A DNA stretch of 64,000 nt from positions 32,001-96,000 of the forward strand of contig CBDCLE010000009.1 of assembly GCA_965218585.1 (NCBI GenBank). The letters run 5' to 3'. The position numbers and the translations under genes are program-made. The first letter of the stretch is position 1. Each line of letters starts with the position of its first letter. Source of the stretch: Terriglobia bacterium. Lineage in GTDB: Bacteria; Acidobacteriota; Terriglobia; 20CM-2-55-15. Of the stretch, positions 50,299 through 61,125 are shown piece after piece. Under the pieces are notes generated by a model that was not told the DNA's origin, did no database searches, and worked only from the letters and a program-made list of their open reading frames with translations.

Positions 50299-51525
50299 TC
50301 AGTTCGAATAGTCCCTCGACGACATGATCGCCGTTCGCAGGTGAGATGGATTCCCGGCCTCTGTCCATGCCATCACCAACCGCTCGGAATTTCCCACCAG
50401 TTGCGGAAATCCGCTGGAACGCTCTTCACTCGTGTTGGTGACGGTCCAGAATCCTGTCACGCCGCCCTGATCGACCTGTTTGAGGCGTATTTCGGCTCCA
50501 TCGTCAGTTTGCTCCAGCCAGGCCACAAATGCCGAGGAAGACAGGGTCAAGACCTCGATTCTTCCCAGCGGTCGTCCGTCATCGATCCGGATGGGTGAGC
50601 CGAACGTTTCTCCTGCGTCATTGGAGAGGACCAGCCACACCGCGGGCTCGTCGTTAGCGCCCGTAAACCACGATACTGCCACGTCCTGGGCCGAGGCGGA
50701 TATCGAGGGGCCGTTCACCGGACAACCGTAAATCTCCCACCCGTCCTTGGACAATGCTCTGGGCTCGGACCACGCACCGTCCCGGTAGCTCAGGATCGAA
50801 ATGTCCCGAATCTCCTCGGCGGACCGATCCCGGTAGACAACGAGCTGTCCCCCGGGTATTGCCGCGGCCGCCGTCTGGCAGCAATCGCAGATCCGGTCGT
50901 CGAGCAAAGTCTCGGCATGGACGGATCCGTCCGGACGGATCAGCGCATGCCTCAGGGACATGGCCCCGCCGTCGGGCCCCGCCGTCTGCCTCCCATCCAA
51001 CCAGACCGCCGACACGGACCCGTCCGCAGTGGGAAGCATGGAAACAAAACCATGCTCGGTTTCGGTTCCGTCGCTGTGGGGCGTGATCGGATCGCTCCAG
51101 TTTCTTCCGCCATCGTCCGACAACGCGATATTCACGGCGTACGCGTACGTGTCCGGACCGGTCTTCGCCAGCCAGTGTGTCGCCAAGCGCCCCGCGGGCA
51201 AAGCGATCAACGATGGAAAATCGGCCCAGTTCACAAACCAGTCGGTCCCTTCAGCCACCGTTTCGGGACTGGACCATTCCACACCACCCGGTTCGAGAGC
51301 GGCAAACCGCAGCCTGTCCCGGTCTTCTTCTCCCGGCTCGATCCAACTCAACAGGACCCGCCCCGCGGAGTCCATCGACAGATTGGGTTCGGCGCTACCG
51401 GCACCCGCCGGCGGGTCGATCGTCGGAATCGATCGAGGATCGGAGACATCGACCGGCTGGCCCGTGCAACCGGCGACGAGGCTCAGAATCAGGCAGGCAA
51501 AGACCAAAGGTTTAAGGGAAAACAT
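50299..51525 (-). CDS. BNR/Asp-box (sialidase-like) lipoprotein
   Basis: Lipobox VAGC, SDDGG.NW Asp-box, NWADFP, CDCC and GCPVNGP. Confidence 0.8.
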   Translation of the reverse strand: MFSLKPLVFACLILSLVAGCTGQPVDVSDPRSIPTIDPPAGAGSAEPNLSMDSAGRVLLSWIEPGEEDRDRLRFAALEPGGVEWSSPETVAEGTDWFVNWADFPSLIALPAGRLATHWLAKTGPDTYAYAVNIALSDDGGRNWSDPITPHSDGTETEHGFVSMLPTADGSVSAVWLDGRQTAGPDGGAMSLRHALIRPDGSVHAETLLDDRICDCCQTAAAAIPGGQLVVYRDRSAEEIRDISILSYRDGAWSEPRALSKDGWEIYGCPVNGPSISASAQDVAVSWFTGANDEPAVWLVLSNDAGETFGSPIRIDDGRPLGRIEVLTLSSSAFVAWLEQTDDGAEIRLKQVDQGGVTGFWTVTNTSEERSSGFPQLVGNSERLVMAWTEAGNPSHLRTAIMSSRDYSN

Positions 51526-51632
51526 AGCCGAGAGTATGACACACGCTGGGGGAGGTGACGAGTGACTCTGCACGACGAGACCCTGAGCCTCCCTAGGTAA
51601 GGGTAGAATGGTGGATCCGGCTCTCGGGAGGC

Positions 51633-52880
51633 GTGATGGATAAACTCTCCAACTTGAACTTCCTTGAAGAGACAGAGCAGCTTCTGGCCACGGACACCCC
51701 CTTTCCTGAGATCCTTGCCGCGATGGTCGATCGCGTCATCGACTTCACCGATGCCGATCGCGGGATGCTGCTGGAAACCTATTCACCGGAAGAACTCAAG
51801 GCGCGCTTCGCTCGCGACCGGAATGGTTTCCTGGGCCTCGATGCCGTTTCTCCCGATGAAGACGTAATCGAGAAGGCGCGATCGACAGAAACCGTTGTTG
51901 TCGTGGAAGCCACTGCCGGCTCCGGTCAGCTCTCCGTCATGGCTCTTCCACTTTTGTCTGAAACGGATCCGGAGTTCCTGGATTTTTATCTGAACCTCGA
52001 AGGCGGCACGCTGCTCGGAGTTCTGTATCTGGACAGTCAGAAGTCGGATGCTTTCGAGAAACTGACAGCTTCGGCCCGGGAGGCGCTGGGGAACGAAGCG
52101 GCCCGTGTTGTGGGCGCTGTGTGGCGGGCCCAGCGGGAGCGTGGTCAACGCGAACTGTACAGGGCCGTACAGATTGCGCGACAGATCCAGCGCCGTCTGC
52201 TCCCCGAGAGCCTGAGCAACTACGGTTTTCTTGAAGCGTCCGGAATCAACGAACCTTGTCGTCCAATAGGGGGTGACTACTTCGATCTGGTCGAAATGGA
52301 ACCGGGCCGCCTCGCTTTCATCATTGCCGACGTGACTGGCAAAGGCCTGGCCGCAGCTCTTCTCGCCTCCATGATTCAGGGGGGCTTTTTCGGGATCACT
52401 CTGACGTCTGATCCAGCGAGCCACGTAGGACGGTTCAACGACTATGTCTGGAAACGATCCGATCCTCAGCACTATGCAACGGCCCTCATCGGTGTCATCG
52501 ACAGGAGTGGGAATGCGAAAGTCATCAACGCGGGACACCGGTCGGCTCTTTTGGTCCGGGGCGATACGATAGAGTCTCCATTCGATTCCGGATCTTTTCC
52601 GATCGGGTTGTTCGAGGAGTCTGTTTTCTCTCCCAGTTCCGTCAAACTCGAGCCGGGAGACTACCTCGTGATGTTTACCGACGGAATTGAAGAGGCCGAG
52701 AACAGGGAAGGTGAGCCGTTCGGCATGGATCGACTTTCGGAGGTAGTGTCAGCGAACCGGGGCTCCTCGCCCGAGGCTATGCAGCGCTCCATCCTGGATG
52801 CCGTAGCAGCCTTTTCGCTGGGAACCCTGCAAGAGGACGATATAACGTTGCTCATCATGAGGTACACGGGAGAGGTCTAG
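51633..52880 (+). CDS. GAF + SpoIIE/PP2C phosphatase (RsbU-like)
   Basis: GGDYFD, ADVTGKG, NAGH, FTDG and DDIT. Confidence 0.92.
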   Translation: MMDKLSNLNFLEETEQLLATDTPFPEILAAMVDRVIDFTDADRGMLLETYSPEELKARFARDRNGFLGLDAVSPDEDVIEKARSTETVVVVEATAGSGQLSVMALPLLSETDPEFLDFYLNLEGGTLLGVLYLDSQKSDAFEKLTASAREALGNEAARVVGAVWRAQRERGQRELYRAVQIARQIQRRLLPESLSNYGFLEASGINEPCRPIGGDYFDLVEMEPGRLAFIIADVTGKGLAAALLASMIQGGFFGITLTSDPASHVGRFNDYVWKRSDPQHYATALIGVIDRSGNAKVINAGHRSALLVRGDTIESPFDSGSFPIGLFEESVFSPSSVKLEPGDYLVMFTDGIEEAENREGEPFGMDRLSEVVSANRGSSPEAMQRSILDAVAAFSLGTLQEDDITLLIMRYTGEV

Positions 52881-52899
52881 CACTACCTGCGCAGTCACG

Positions 52900-53420
52900 A
52901 TGCCCACCGACGAGCTCAAGCAAGCTGCCGCCGATTGGATCGAATGCCTGAACCTTCAACCCCATCCTGAGGGCGGCCACTATCGCGAATCCTACCGGAG
53001 TGCTCTCGAGGTCGACGCCTCGAAGCTCGGCCCGGGATTTTCCAGATCGAGATCCGTATCGACCGCAATCTATTACCTCCTTGAAGGTTCTGATTTTTCA
53101 GCGTTCCATCGCATCCGGTCCGATGAGATGTGGCACCATTATGCGGGTGCGGCGGTGACGATCCATATGATCGATCCGGAGGGCGAATATGCTTCCCGCA
53201 GGTTGGCCTCCGAACTCGAAGATGGCCCGAATCCCCAATGATCGTACTAGCCGGGACCTGGTTTGCTGCTGCACCTGAAGATCGATCAGGCTATTCACTG
53301 GTTGGATGCAGTGTGGCTCTGGGTTTTGATTTCGAGGATTTCGAACTTGCGCGGCCCGAAGAACTGGTCAGCCGGTTTCAGGCGCACCGAAAAATTATTG
53401 AGACATTCACGCGAGCATAG
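52900..53420 (+). CDS. Cupin_5/DUF985 protein, frameshifted at ~53237
   Basis: PHPEGG.YRE, TAIYYLL and FHRI.SDE.WH, then in the other frame LVGC.V..GFDF.DF. One A is missing in CCCCAATG. Confidence 0.8.
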
Positions 53421-53876
53421 ATGAAAGGACGAAATCTCATGTCGGGTTCCATATTTTTGATCTTGATGCCGATCGCTGTCGGTATTTCCATCGTCTTGCA
53501 GGCGGTTTTCATGGCTCAGATGGATAGACGGATGGGGACACTGGAGAGTGTGTTCATTACTTACGGTGTGGGGTTCCTGCTCATTGGCCTTGTTATCCTG
53601 TCACGGCGGGGTGGTGGCCTTACGGATGCAGTCGGTCTGCCGTGGTACGTGTTCACTGCCGGCTTTTTTGGCCTGTTGATCATCGGTGGCATCTCCTTTT
53701 CCGCAGCGCGCGTCGGACTGGTGTCGACGTTTGTGATCGTCGTAGCTACGCAGTTTGTCTGCAGCTCGCTGTTCGATCACTTCGGTCTCTTCGGTCAGAC
53801 CGTCCGTGTTCTGGATTTTGCCCGTGTCTCAGGCATCGGGATGTTGTGGGGCGGTGTCTGGCTTATTCTCCGTTAA
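53421..53876 (+). CDS. DMT family (YdcZ/DUF606) membrane protein
   Basis: PWY...G..G and Q...S...DHFG.FG. Confidence 0.85.
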   Translation: MKGRNLMSGSIFLILMPIAVGISIVLQAVFMAQMDRRMGTLESVFITYGVGFLLIGLVILSRRGGGLTDAVGLPWYVFTAGFFGLLIIGGISFSAARVGLVSTFVIVVATQFVCSSLFDHFGLFGQTVRVLDFARVSGIGMLWGGVWLILR

Positions 53877-53888
53877 ACTGCACTTCCC

Positions 53889-55196
53889 ATGAGCACGAAC
53901 GTCGGACCGGCAGGTGTGGATGTAGAGGGTTCGGAATCCAGCATCCGGATCTTTCTCAGAAGCTTCGGGCCTGGTTTGCTCTGGGCAGGAAGCGCCATCG
54001 GTGTGTCTCATCTCGTGCAGTCGACCCGAGCGGGAGCTGATGCCGGCTTTGCGATGGCCGGAGTCATCCTGTTTGCGTTGATCCTGAAATATCCCTTCTT
54101 CGAATTCGGTCCCCGCTACGCCGCTGCGACCGGTGAGAGCCTCGTCGAAGGTTATCAGCGAATCGGATCCTGGGCGGTCTGGCTGTATTTTGCAGTCGTG
54201 CTGTTAACGGTGGTCATCACTCACGCCGCCATCGCTCTCTTTACTGCGTACCTGGTGTTGTATGCCCTGGGTTCGGACGCTTCGGTGACGCTTGTTGCCG
54301 CTATCCTTTACGGCGGTTGCATCGCCCTGTTGTGGTTCGGTCGTTTTAAGGCCTTAGATCTTGCTATCAAGCTCGTGCTCTTGTCGTTGGCCGTATCAAC
54401 TCTGATAGCCGCATTCGTCGTGATTCCGCGAGCGGACTTTACAACAGCGAGTTTCATGCCGGTGCCACCAGCGGCGAGCGCTGTGCCGTTGGCTTTTGTC
54501 CTCGCCCTAGCGGGTTGGATGCCTACTGACATTGCGATCTCGGTCTACAGTTCGCTCTGGACGCTGGCCAAGAATAAATCCAGCGGCGTTCGCGCCAGCG
54601 TCGGGACAGTGCGACTGGATTTCATGATCGCGTACGTGGGGACCGGTATTCTCGCCTTCGCGTTTCTCATGCTCGGAGCCACCGTCATGTACCGCTCCGG
54701 GGAAGCTTTTAGCGATGCGGGGACAGTGTTTTCAACCCAGCTGATCGATCTCTATGTCCGTACTCTGGGAGGCTGGACGCAGCCGATCATCGTTGTTACG
54801 GCGATCACTGCGATGTTTTCAACGATGCTCACGGTAATTGACGGATACCCGCGCGTGATCGATAGAATCATCCAGGTCATTCGGGAGAAGAATCCGGATG
54901 TCACTCGGAATCGGGGAGTTTCACCCGCTTACTGGATATCCATGTTTGTCGTCGGGACGCTGACGGTGATGGTGGTGTATTTCTTTGTAGGTAATCTGAC
55001 CCAGATGGTGGACTTCGTTACGATCGTTGCCTTCCTGACGGGTCCGGTCCTTGGCTTCCTGAACTTGAAAGTAATCACGTCTGGGGCAGTACCTCCCGAG
55101 TATCGTCCGGGCCCGGCGATGCTGTTCTATTCCTATGCCGGTCTCATCGGACTGGGCACTCTCGCCACTGTCTTTCTGATCAGCCTGATCTCCTGA
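53889..55196 (+). CDS. Nramp-related divalent cation transporter
   Basis: GPGLLWAGSAIGVSHLVQSTRAGA, KYPFFEFG, GWMP and DGYPR. Confidence 0.85.
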   Translation: MSTNVGPAGVDVEGSESSIRIFLRSFGPGLLWAGSAIGVSHLVQSTRAGADAGFAMAGVILFALILKYPFFEFGPRYAAATGESLVEGYQRIGSWAVWLYFAVVLLTVVITHAAIALFTAYLVLYALGSDASVTLVAAILYGGCIALLWFGRFKALDLAIKLVLLSLAVSTLIAAFVVIPRADFTTASFMPVPPAASAVPLAFVLALAGWMPTDIAISVYSSLWTLAKNKSSGVRASVGTVRLDFMIAYVGTGILAFAFLMLGATVMYRSGEAFSDAGTVFSTQLIDLYVRTLGGWTQPIIVVTAITAMFSTMLTVIDGYPRVIDRIIQVIREKNPDVTRNRGVSPAYWISMFVVGTLTVMVVYFFVGNLTQMVDFVTIVAFLTGPVLGFLNLKVITSGAVPPEYRPGPAMLFYSYAGLIGLGTLATVFLISLIS

Positions 55197-55242
55197 CCCT
55201 AACTCCTGAAAAACAAGGGCTTTTGGACCTGATCTGTCCGTC

Positions 55243-55632
55243 GTGGGCTGGATCCTTTACGGAGTTGTCGCGGTCTTTCAAGCGCCCGTCGGCCCGTGGG
55301 CACCTGTTCCGGTGTTCAGCGAGGCTGCGTGCACGTCGGGATGCACTTCCCAACAGATGGTTTGTTTCGAGGTGAATTCCGGCCGTGCGGAGTTCGGAGG
55401 AAACACGAAAGTACTGGATTTCGAGTTGGACTATCCCGGGTCTCTGGAATGGGGCGGATCTCGCCCGACCGTTGACCTGACCCGCTGCACTCGTTGTGGT
55501 CAACCCTGGGGTTTCGAACTCATCGAACGCGTCGAGATGTGGAATTGCGATTACTGCGGATACGAGGCCCGTGAGAAATCATCCGATTACTGGCGGATGC
55601 TCGTTGCCGAGCAGGAAGCCTTAATCAGTTAG
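55243..55632 (+). CDS. Hypothetical Cys-rich protein (possible Zn ribbons)
   Basis: CTSGC, CTRC and CDYC. Start uncertain. Confidence 0.4.
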   Translation: MGWILYGVVAVFQAPVGPWAPVPVFSEAACTSGCTSQQMVCFEVNSGRAEFGGNTKVLDFELDYPGSLEWGGSRPTVDLTRCTRCGQPWGFELIERVEMWNCDYCGYEAREKSSDYWRMLVAEQEALIS

Positions 55633-55683
55633 GGCGTCCATTAAGACGTCGGGCGTCTTGAATCGACCCCGGCTCTGTTGTCC

Positions 55684-56322
55684 CTAAGACGGCTTGGACC
55701 GTCGTTGCTTGAGGTGTTTTCGCTGGGCCGTACTGAGATCGGGAACGCTGAGGACCCTTTCAAGGAGCTCTGTATTCCCGGGTTCGAGCTCCAGTCGATT
55801 GACGTCCGCAATGGAGATCCCGTGCGAGGATTTCCAGAGGCGCCTGATCGCATCGCCCACGCCGAGATCACCTTCCTGAACCACTGAAAAGTAGAAGCCG
55901 GACCGGCCGCTTTCGCGGAAGAGCTTGATGATGTCCCCCCGCTCGAGTTTCACGGCCAGTTTGTAACAGGGCAGGCGGGGCTGGGTCACTTTGAGAATGA
56001 CGCTGCCCACTTGGTATCTATCCCCGATACACACGTCGCTTTCCAATAGGCCTCGAGTGGTCAGGTTCTCGCCAAACGCAGCCCAATCGAGTTTGACCCG
56101 AAGGCGCTCTTCCCAGAACGGGTAGTGTTCCGATGGGTACGCGTAAACCGCCTTTTCCGGACCCCCATGGACAGAGAGATCGGCCTGAGCGTCGCCTTCG
56201 AGATTGTTATCCCGGACTGGTATTCGCCCCGAGACGGGCTTCTTGAAAATCCCCGTGGTAAAGGTGCGATCGCTGTGGGTGACCACTTGGGGAAGGGCTA
56301 CATTGACTGAGATAAGTTTCAT
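55684..56322 (-). CDS. MOSC domain protein (YiiM-like)
   Basis: HGGPEKAVY, FGENL, QPRLPC and G.SGFY. Confidence 0.92.
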   Translation of the reverse strand: MKLISVNVALPQVVTHSDRTFTTGIFKKPVSGRIPVRDNNLEGDAQADLSVHGGPEKAVYAYPSEHYPFWEERLRVKLDWAAFGENLTTRGLLESDVCIGDRYQVGSVILKVTQPRLPCYKLAVKLERGDIIKLFRESGRSGFYFSVVQEGDLGVGDAIRRLWKSSHGISIADVNRLELEPGNTELLERVLSVPDLSTAQRKHLKQRRSKPS

Positions 56323-56735
56323 ACGACTTCTGTGAAGACGTCGTTAACTTTAGCAGAAGGTGGAGGGGTGGTTTGAAGGTTGGAGGCTTTTGGCTCCAAA
56401 GGGATTTCGCTCGGTCGTTCATTCGGTCATCCTGACCGAACGAGGGGCGACCCCCGCAATCATCACTCCTGTGCATGCCGAAACGTAGAAACAAGTCCCT
56501 GGAGGACCCGCACCGGTCCCCCGGTGGCGGGTGGACAACGAGGCTTGCCGAGGCGTCAGTGTCAGAAAATGATTGAGGTTGGATGTCGTGATTCAAGAGA
56601 CCGGGCCACCGACACCGTTTACGTCTTGCCCTTCGAGGGGTCCCCAAAGCTCAATGAAGGGCTGTCTTATAGCTCGTGGGGAAACAGGGTCTTGTCCCGA
56701 TTTATTGGGGATTCCTTCCTAAGTTCGTGAAATAC

Positions 56736-58499
56736 ATGCCGATTTCCAAGGTGATCAAAAAAATTGATGGCTGGTGGAAGGCGCAGGCTTCGCTTCGGGT
56801 CCAGATGCGAAAGCTGGCGATCCAGATTCGGCATCGCGAAGACCAGCTGTTCATGTTTCTGACGCTGGTGATCGGCGCTGTAGTCGGACTGACGATCGTC
56901 GCGTTCATTCTGCTTACCGAGAACCTGGGTTCCCGGATGTATCCCGTTGGCACGGAACTGCAGTTCAGAAGGCTTCTGATTCCAGTTATCGGATCGTTGG
57001 TCACCGGCTTTCTCTTATATCGATTTTTTCCCGATGCCCGGGGCAGCGGTATTCCACAGACCAAAGTCGCTCTCGCCGTCCATGGAGGGCGGATCACGCT
57101 GCGATCCGTGCTCGGGAAGTTCTGGCTCTCGGCAGGTTCTCTGGCAAGTGGAGTGGCGCTTGGTCGCGAAGGACCCTCCGTTATGGTCGGATCGGGTATC
57201 GCGTCGGTGATGGGGCGCGCCCTGGGTCTCAAGCGCGACAAGATTGAAGCTCTGGTGCCAGTGGGCGCGTCGGCAGCTCTGGCCGCGGCGTTCAACACTC
57301 CGATTGCCGCTGTGCTTTTTTCCCTGGAAGAGGTCATGGGAAACCTCCACGCGCCGCTCCTGGGTTCGGTTGTGTTGAGTTCGGCCACAGCCTGGATTGT
57401 TCTGAACCTGATGTTGGGCGCCGAGGCTCTGTTCAGTGTGCCCGACTATGAGCTGGTGCACTTTTCAGAACTGGGTTTTTACGCGATCCTCGGAGTGGCT
57501 GGCGGCTTCGTGTCGATTCTGTTTGTTCGGATGCTGCTCAGGATCCGTCAGCGGTTCATCGACATGCCCGAACGGACGCGATGGGTTCAGCCTGTCGCAG
57601 GCGGGCTGACCGTAGGCGTGCTTGGATTCTTTGTGCCGCAGGTTCTGGGTGTCGGTTATGGCCAGGTCGGGGAGGCGCTGAACGGAACCATGACGATATG
57701 GTTCATGGCCTTGCTTCTGGTGCTCAAGCTGATCGCGACGGCTACCTGTTACGGTTCCGGAAACGCGGGCGGGATTTTCGGTCCCAGCCTGTTCATTGGG
57801 GCGATGCTTGGAGGCACGGTCGGAAGCGCGGCCAACTTCCTGTTGCCCGACTTTACGGGCAGTCCGGGGGCGTACGCTCTGGTCGGGATGGGTACCGCAT
57901 TTGCAGGCATTATTCGCGTGCCGTTTACCTCGGTGATCATGATCTTTGAGATGACCCGCGACTACTCGATCATCGTGCCCCTCATGCTTTCGAACATGAT
58001 CAGCTATTTCATCGCACGCCGCTATCAACGAAAGCCGATCTATGAAGCGCTTGCCGAACAGGACGGGATACATCTGCCTGCAGCGGCTATACAACACCGG
58101 CAGGGACGTCTGCGTGTCCGGCGGGCCATGCGCGTACCCAACGTCGTTCTCGATGCCGATATGGCGTTAGACGACGCCCGGGTGCGGGTTCGCAATAGTT
58201 CCTGGGATGCCTGGCCGGTGGTGGACAAGAGGGGACTGGTGGGAATGGTAACTTCCGACCAGCTCCGAAACGCAACGGGAGAGAGGTTGGTTGAGGCGGC
58301 TCACGTGAAGGCAGGAGCTCATCTCCATGACGACCATGTTTTAGACCTTGCCCTCGAGCGTATGGGCGAGGCCGGTGTCAATGTGCTTCCGGTTGTGAGT
58401 CGGCTGGATGCCCGGCGACTGGAGGGCATCGTAGGTCTTCCGGACGTCATGAGGGTCTATGGGTTCAGCCAGTCCGGCAACGATTTCGACGACCCGTAG
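56736..58499 (+). CDS. ClC chloride/H+ transporter with a CBS pair
   Basis: GSGIP, GREGP, GGIFGP and IY signature motifs. Confidence 0.93.
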   Translation: MPISKVIKKIDGWWKAQASLRVQMRKLAIQIRHREDQLFMFLTLVIGAVVGLTIVAFILLTENLGSRMYPVGTELQFRRLLIPVIGSLVTGFLLYRFFPDARGSGIPQTKVALAVHGGRITLRSVLGKFWLSAGSLASGVALGREGPSVMVGSGIASVMGRALGLKRDKIEALVPVGASAALAAAFNTPIAAVLFSLEEVMGNLHAPLLGSVVLSSATAWIVLNLMLGAEALFSVPDYELVHFSELGFYAILGVAGGFVSILFVRMLLRIRQRFIDMPERTRWVQPVAGGLTVGVLGFFVPQVLGVGYGQVGEALNGTMTIWFMALLLVLKLIATATCYGSGNAGGIFGPSLFIGAMLGGTVGSAANFLLPDFTGSPGAYALVGMGTAFAGIIRVPFTSVIMIFEMTRDYSIIVPLMLSNMISYFIARRYQRKPIYEALAEQDGIHLPAAAIQHRQGRLRVRRAMRVPNVVLDADMALDDARVRVRNSSWDAWPVVDKRGLVGMVTSDQLRNATGERLVEAAHVKAGAHLHDDHVLDLALERMGEAGVNVLPVVSRLDARRLEGIVGLPDVMRVYGFSQSGNDFDDP

Positions 58500-58524
58500 C
58501 CTCCTTTTCAGAACGAATAGGAAA

Positions 58525-58556
58525 AACGCAGAGGCGCAGAGACGCAGAGAATCTTA
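58525..58556. repeat. ACGCAGAG-type short dispersed repeat
   Basis: AACGCAGAGGCGCAGAGACGCAGAGA, related to 61126-61195. Confidence 0.6.
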
Positions 58557-58662
58557 TTTCTCCCATCTGCGACCACTTTGCGTTGGTTCTTCATGACCCC
58601 GGCCTTGATCGTGGGCCGGTGGTTCGTGTTCCGGACTCTTGCCACATGTTACGATTGCGATC

Positions 58663-60390
58663 ATGGCAGCAGGGTTGAAACTGAGGCTGGCGATGGCGCA
58701 GATCGACTCTGTTGTGGGCGATCTGGAAGGGAATGCGGCCAAGATCGTCGACTGGATCGGAAAGGCCCGGGATCTTGAAGCGGACCTGGTGACTTTTCCA
58801 GAACTCGCCCTGACCGGTTACCCACCCGAAGACCTTCTTCTTAAACCCCGTTTCATAGAACGTAACCTTGAGATTCTCGATGAGGTGGCCGCCCAGGTCA
58901 AAGACATTACCGCCATCGTGGGATTCGTCGACCGTCGGGACGATATCTACAACGCGGCGGCGATCCTCAGGGATGGTCAGAGTGCGGGCGTTTACCACAA
59001 GATTTATCTGCCCAATTACGGCGTGTTTGATGAGTTCCGCTACTTTCAGGTCGGTAAGCTATCGACGTTGATTGAAATCGGAAAGGTGCGCGGCGGTCTC
59101 AGCATCTGTGAAGACATCTGGTATCCGGACGGCCCTGTGGCTGAGCAGGCGATGGGCCGAGGCGCCGAAATACTCATCAACATTTCCTCGTCTCCCTATC
59201 ATGCCGGCAAGCGGCACTGGCGGGAGCGCATGCTTTCGACACGGGCCACGGACAATACGGCCATCGTGGCTTACAACAATATGGTGGGCGGGCAGGACGA
59301 ACTCGTTTTTGACGGCGATAGTCTCGTGTTCGATGAAAACGGCGTCATTCTGGCCCGTGGCCGTCAGTTCGAAGAAGAGTTGATCGTGGTCGATCTGGAT
59401 CTGGATGCTGTCTTTCGCCGACGTCTTCGAGATCCACGGCACCGGCAGGGCGGGGATTCCCGGAGTGGACCAGTGGTTTCTGTGGCCGCTCCCAGCGCTG
59501 ATAAGAAACCCCTACCCGAACAAGAAATTCCAGAACCTCTCGAAGACGATGCCGAGGTGTATCGGGCGCTTGTTGTCGGGACGCGCGATTACGTTTGCAA
59601 AAACAAGTTCTCGAAGGTCGTTATAGGCCTCAGTGGAGGCATCGACTCCGCTCTCACAGCGACCGTAGCCGTTGACGCGCTGGGAAGCGAGAACGTTGTC
59701 GGCGTGATCATGCCCTCACGGTTTTCTTCCGAAGGCAGCGTTGAGGATTCGAAAGCGCTCGGAAAAAATCTGGATATCGAACTGATCAAGATTCCTATTT
59801 CACAAGTAATGGAAGCGTATGCGTCCGTTCTGGAGCCGTCGTTCAAAGACCGCGGGCCCGACGTTGCGGAGGAGAACCTGCAGGCGCGGATTCGTGGAAA
59901 TCTCGTGATGGCCCTGTCGAACAAGTTTGGATGGCTGGTGCTGAGTACGGGCAACAAGAGTGAGGTCAGCGTGGGTTACTGCACGCTCTACGGTGACATG
60001 GCGGGCGGCTTTGCTGTTCTGAAGGATGTCCCAAAGACGACTGTCTTCAGCCTCTCCGAGTACTGTAATCGGGCGGCGGGATCGGAACGCATACCTCGTG
60101 CCATCATCGACAAGCCGCCGTCGGCTGAACTGAGGCCGGACCAGAAGGACACCGACTCGCTGCCGCCTTATGAGGAATTGGATCCCATCCTCCAGGCGTA
60201 CGTCGAAAATGACCACAGCGTTCGGGAAATGATCGATATGGGATTCGACCCCGATACAGTCCGCCGCGTTGTGGGTCTGGTGGATTTCAGTGAATACAAG
60301 CGCCGTCAGGCCGCGCCCGGCGTGAAAATCACACCGCGCGCTTTTGGCCGGGATCGGCGGATGCCGATCACGAACCGGTTTGGTCACTAG
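58663..60390 (+). CDS. nadE: Glutamine-dependent NAD+ synthetase
   Basis: Nitrilase domain (FPEL, ICED) plus SGGIDS, ENLQARIRG, NKSE and PPSAEL. Confidence 0.97.
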   Translation: MAAGLKLRLAMAQIDSVVGDLEGNAAKIVDWIGKARDLEADLVTFPELALTGYPPEDLLLKPRFIERNLEILDEVAAQVKDITAIVGFVDRRDDIYNAAAILRDGQSAGVYHKIYLPNYGVFDEFRYFQVGKLSTLIEIGKVRGGLSICEDIWYPDGPVAEQAMGRGAEILINISSSPYHAGKRHWRERMLSTRATDNTAIVAYNNMVGGQDELVFDGDSLVFDENGVILARGRQFEEELIVVDLDLDAVFRRRLRDPRHRQGGDSRSGPVVSVAAPSADKKPLPEQEIPEPLEDDAEVYRALVVGTRDYVCKNKFSKVVIGLSGGIDSALTATVAVDALGSENVVGVIMPSRFSSEGSVEDSKALGKNLDIELIKIPISQVMEAYASVLEPSFKDRGPDVAEENLQARIRGNLVMALSNKFGWLVLSTGNKSEVSVGYCTLYGDMAGGFAVLKDVPKTTVFSLSEYCNRAAGSERIPRAIIDKPPSAELRPDQKDTDSLPPYEELDPILQAYVENDHSVREMIDMGFDPDTVRRVVGLVDFSEYKRRQAAPGVKITPRAFGRDRRMPITNRFGH

Positions 60391-60427
60391 CAGAAGGATT
60401 TAACGAAGCTCAGAACGAGGAATCGAA

Positions 60428-61093
60428 ATGCATCGTCCTTTTGCCATTCTCGAAGAGTGGGTCAAAGAGGGACGGATCCGTCTGGCCCGTAATCCCAAAA
60501 ACACGCCGAAACCTCGGAACCCGCCACCCGCCATCGGTCCGACCCTCGAGGACAACTCGTCACACCAGTCGGATGCTGAGGCATTCGAAGCTGCGATGCG
60601 CGACGTGCATCGGTTCGATAGGAATCAGGGACCCCTGCGCGAGACTGAACCCGTAGCGATTCGTCCGAGCCGGGATGAAGAAGAAGCCTTGAAGGCTTTG
60701 GAAGAATTCTGCAGGAGCGGTCGCCTCGAGCCCGAGCACACGCGCGAATACGTAGAGCATGTCGCAAACCCGGCAGGGCGCGTCTACCTGGACGACCTGC
60801 GTGCGGGCCGATTTTCGATACAGGCCCATCTGGATCTCCACGGCCTCAACCTGGATCAGGCCCGTCCAGCGTTAGATACGTTCATAGAGGCTTCGGTCCG
60901 CGCCGGTTACAGCTCGGTCCGTGTCGTCCACGGGCGGGGACGCCATTCTGAAGGGCAGAATCCGTTGATGAAGAAACGGGTTCAGCAGTGGCTCAGCCAC
61001 CGCAGGCTGGCACGTTTTGTCATCGCCTATACTTCTGCGCGACTCGTCGATGGAGGTGGAGGCGCCGTCTATGTTCTGTTGAGACGGGCCTGA
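60428..61093 (+). CDS. Smr/MutS2 domain protein
   Basis: LDLHG, VVHGRG..S and GG.GAVYV. Confidence 0.92.
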   Translation: MHRPFAILEEWVKEGRIRLARNPKNTPKPRNPPPAIGPTLEDNSSHQSDAEAFEAAMRDVHRFDRNQGPLRETEPVAIRPSRDEEEALKALEEFCRSGRLEPEHTREYVEHVANPAGRVYLDDLRAGRFSIQAHLDLHGLNLDQARPALDTFIEASVRAGYSSVRVVHGRGRHSEGQNPLMKKRVQQWLSHRRLARFVIAYTSARLVDGGGGAVYVLLRRA

Positions 61094-61125
61094 CCTGGAA
61101 GCAAATCGGCTCGTCAGATTCGTTT

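Noticed and set aside
56380-56730. ORFs in the MOSC-ClC gap
   Set aside because: No motifs, weak starts and overlap between candidates. The region is more likely non-coding.
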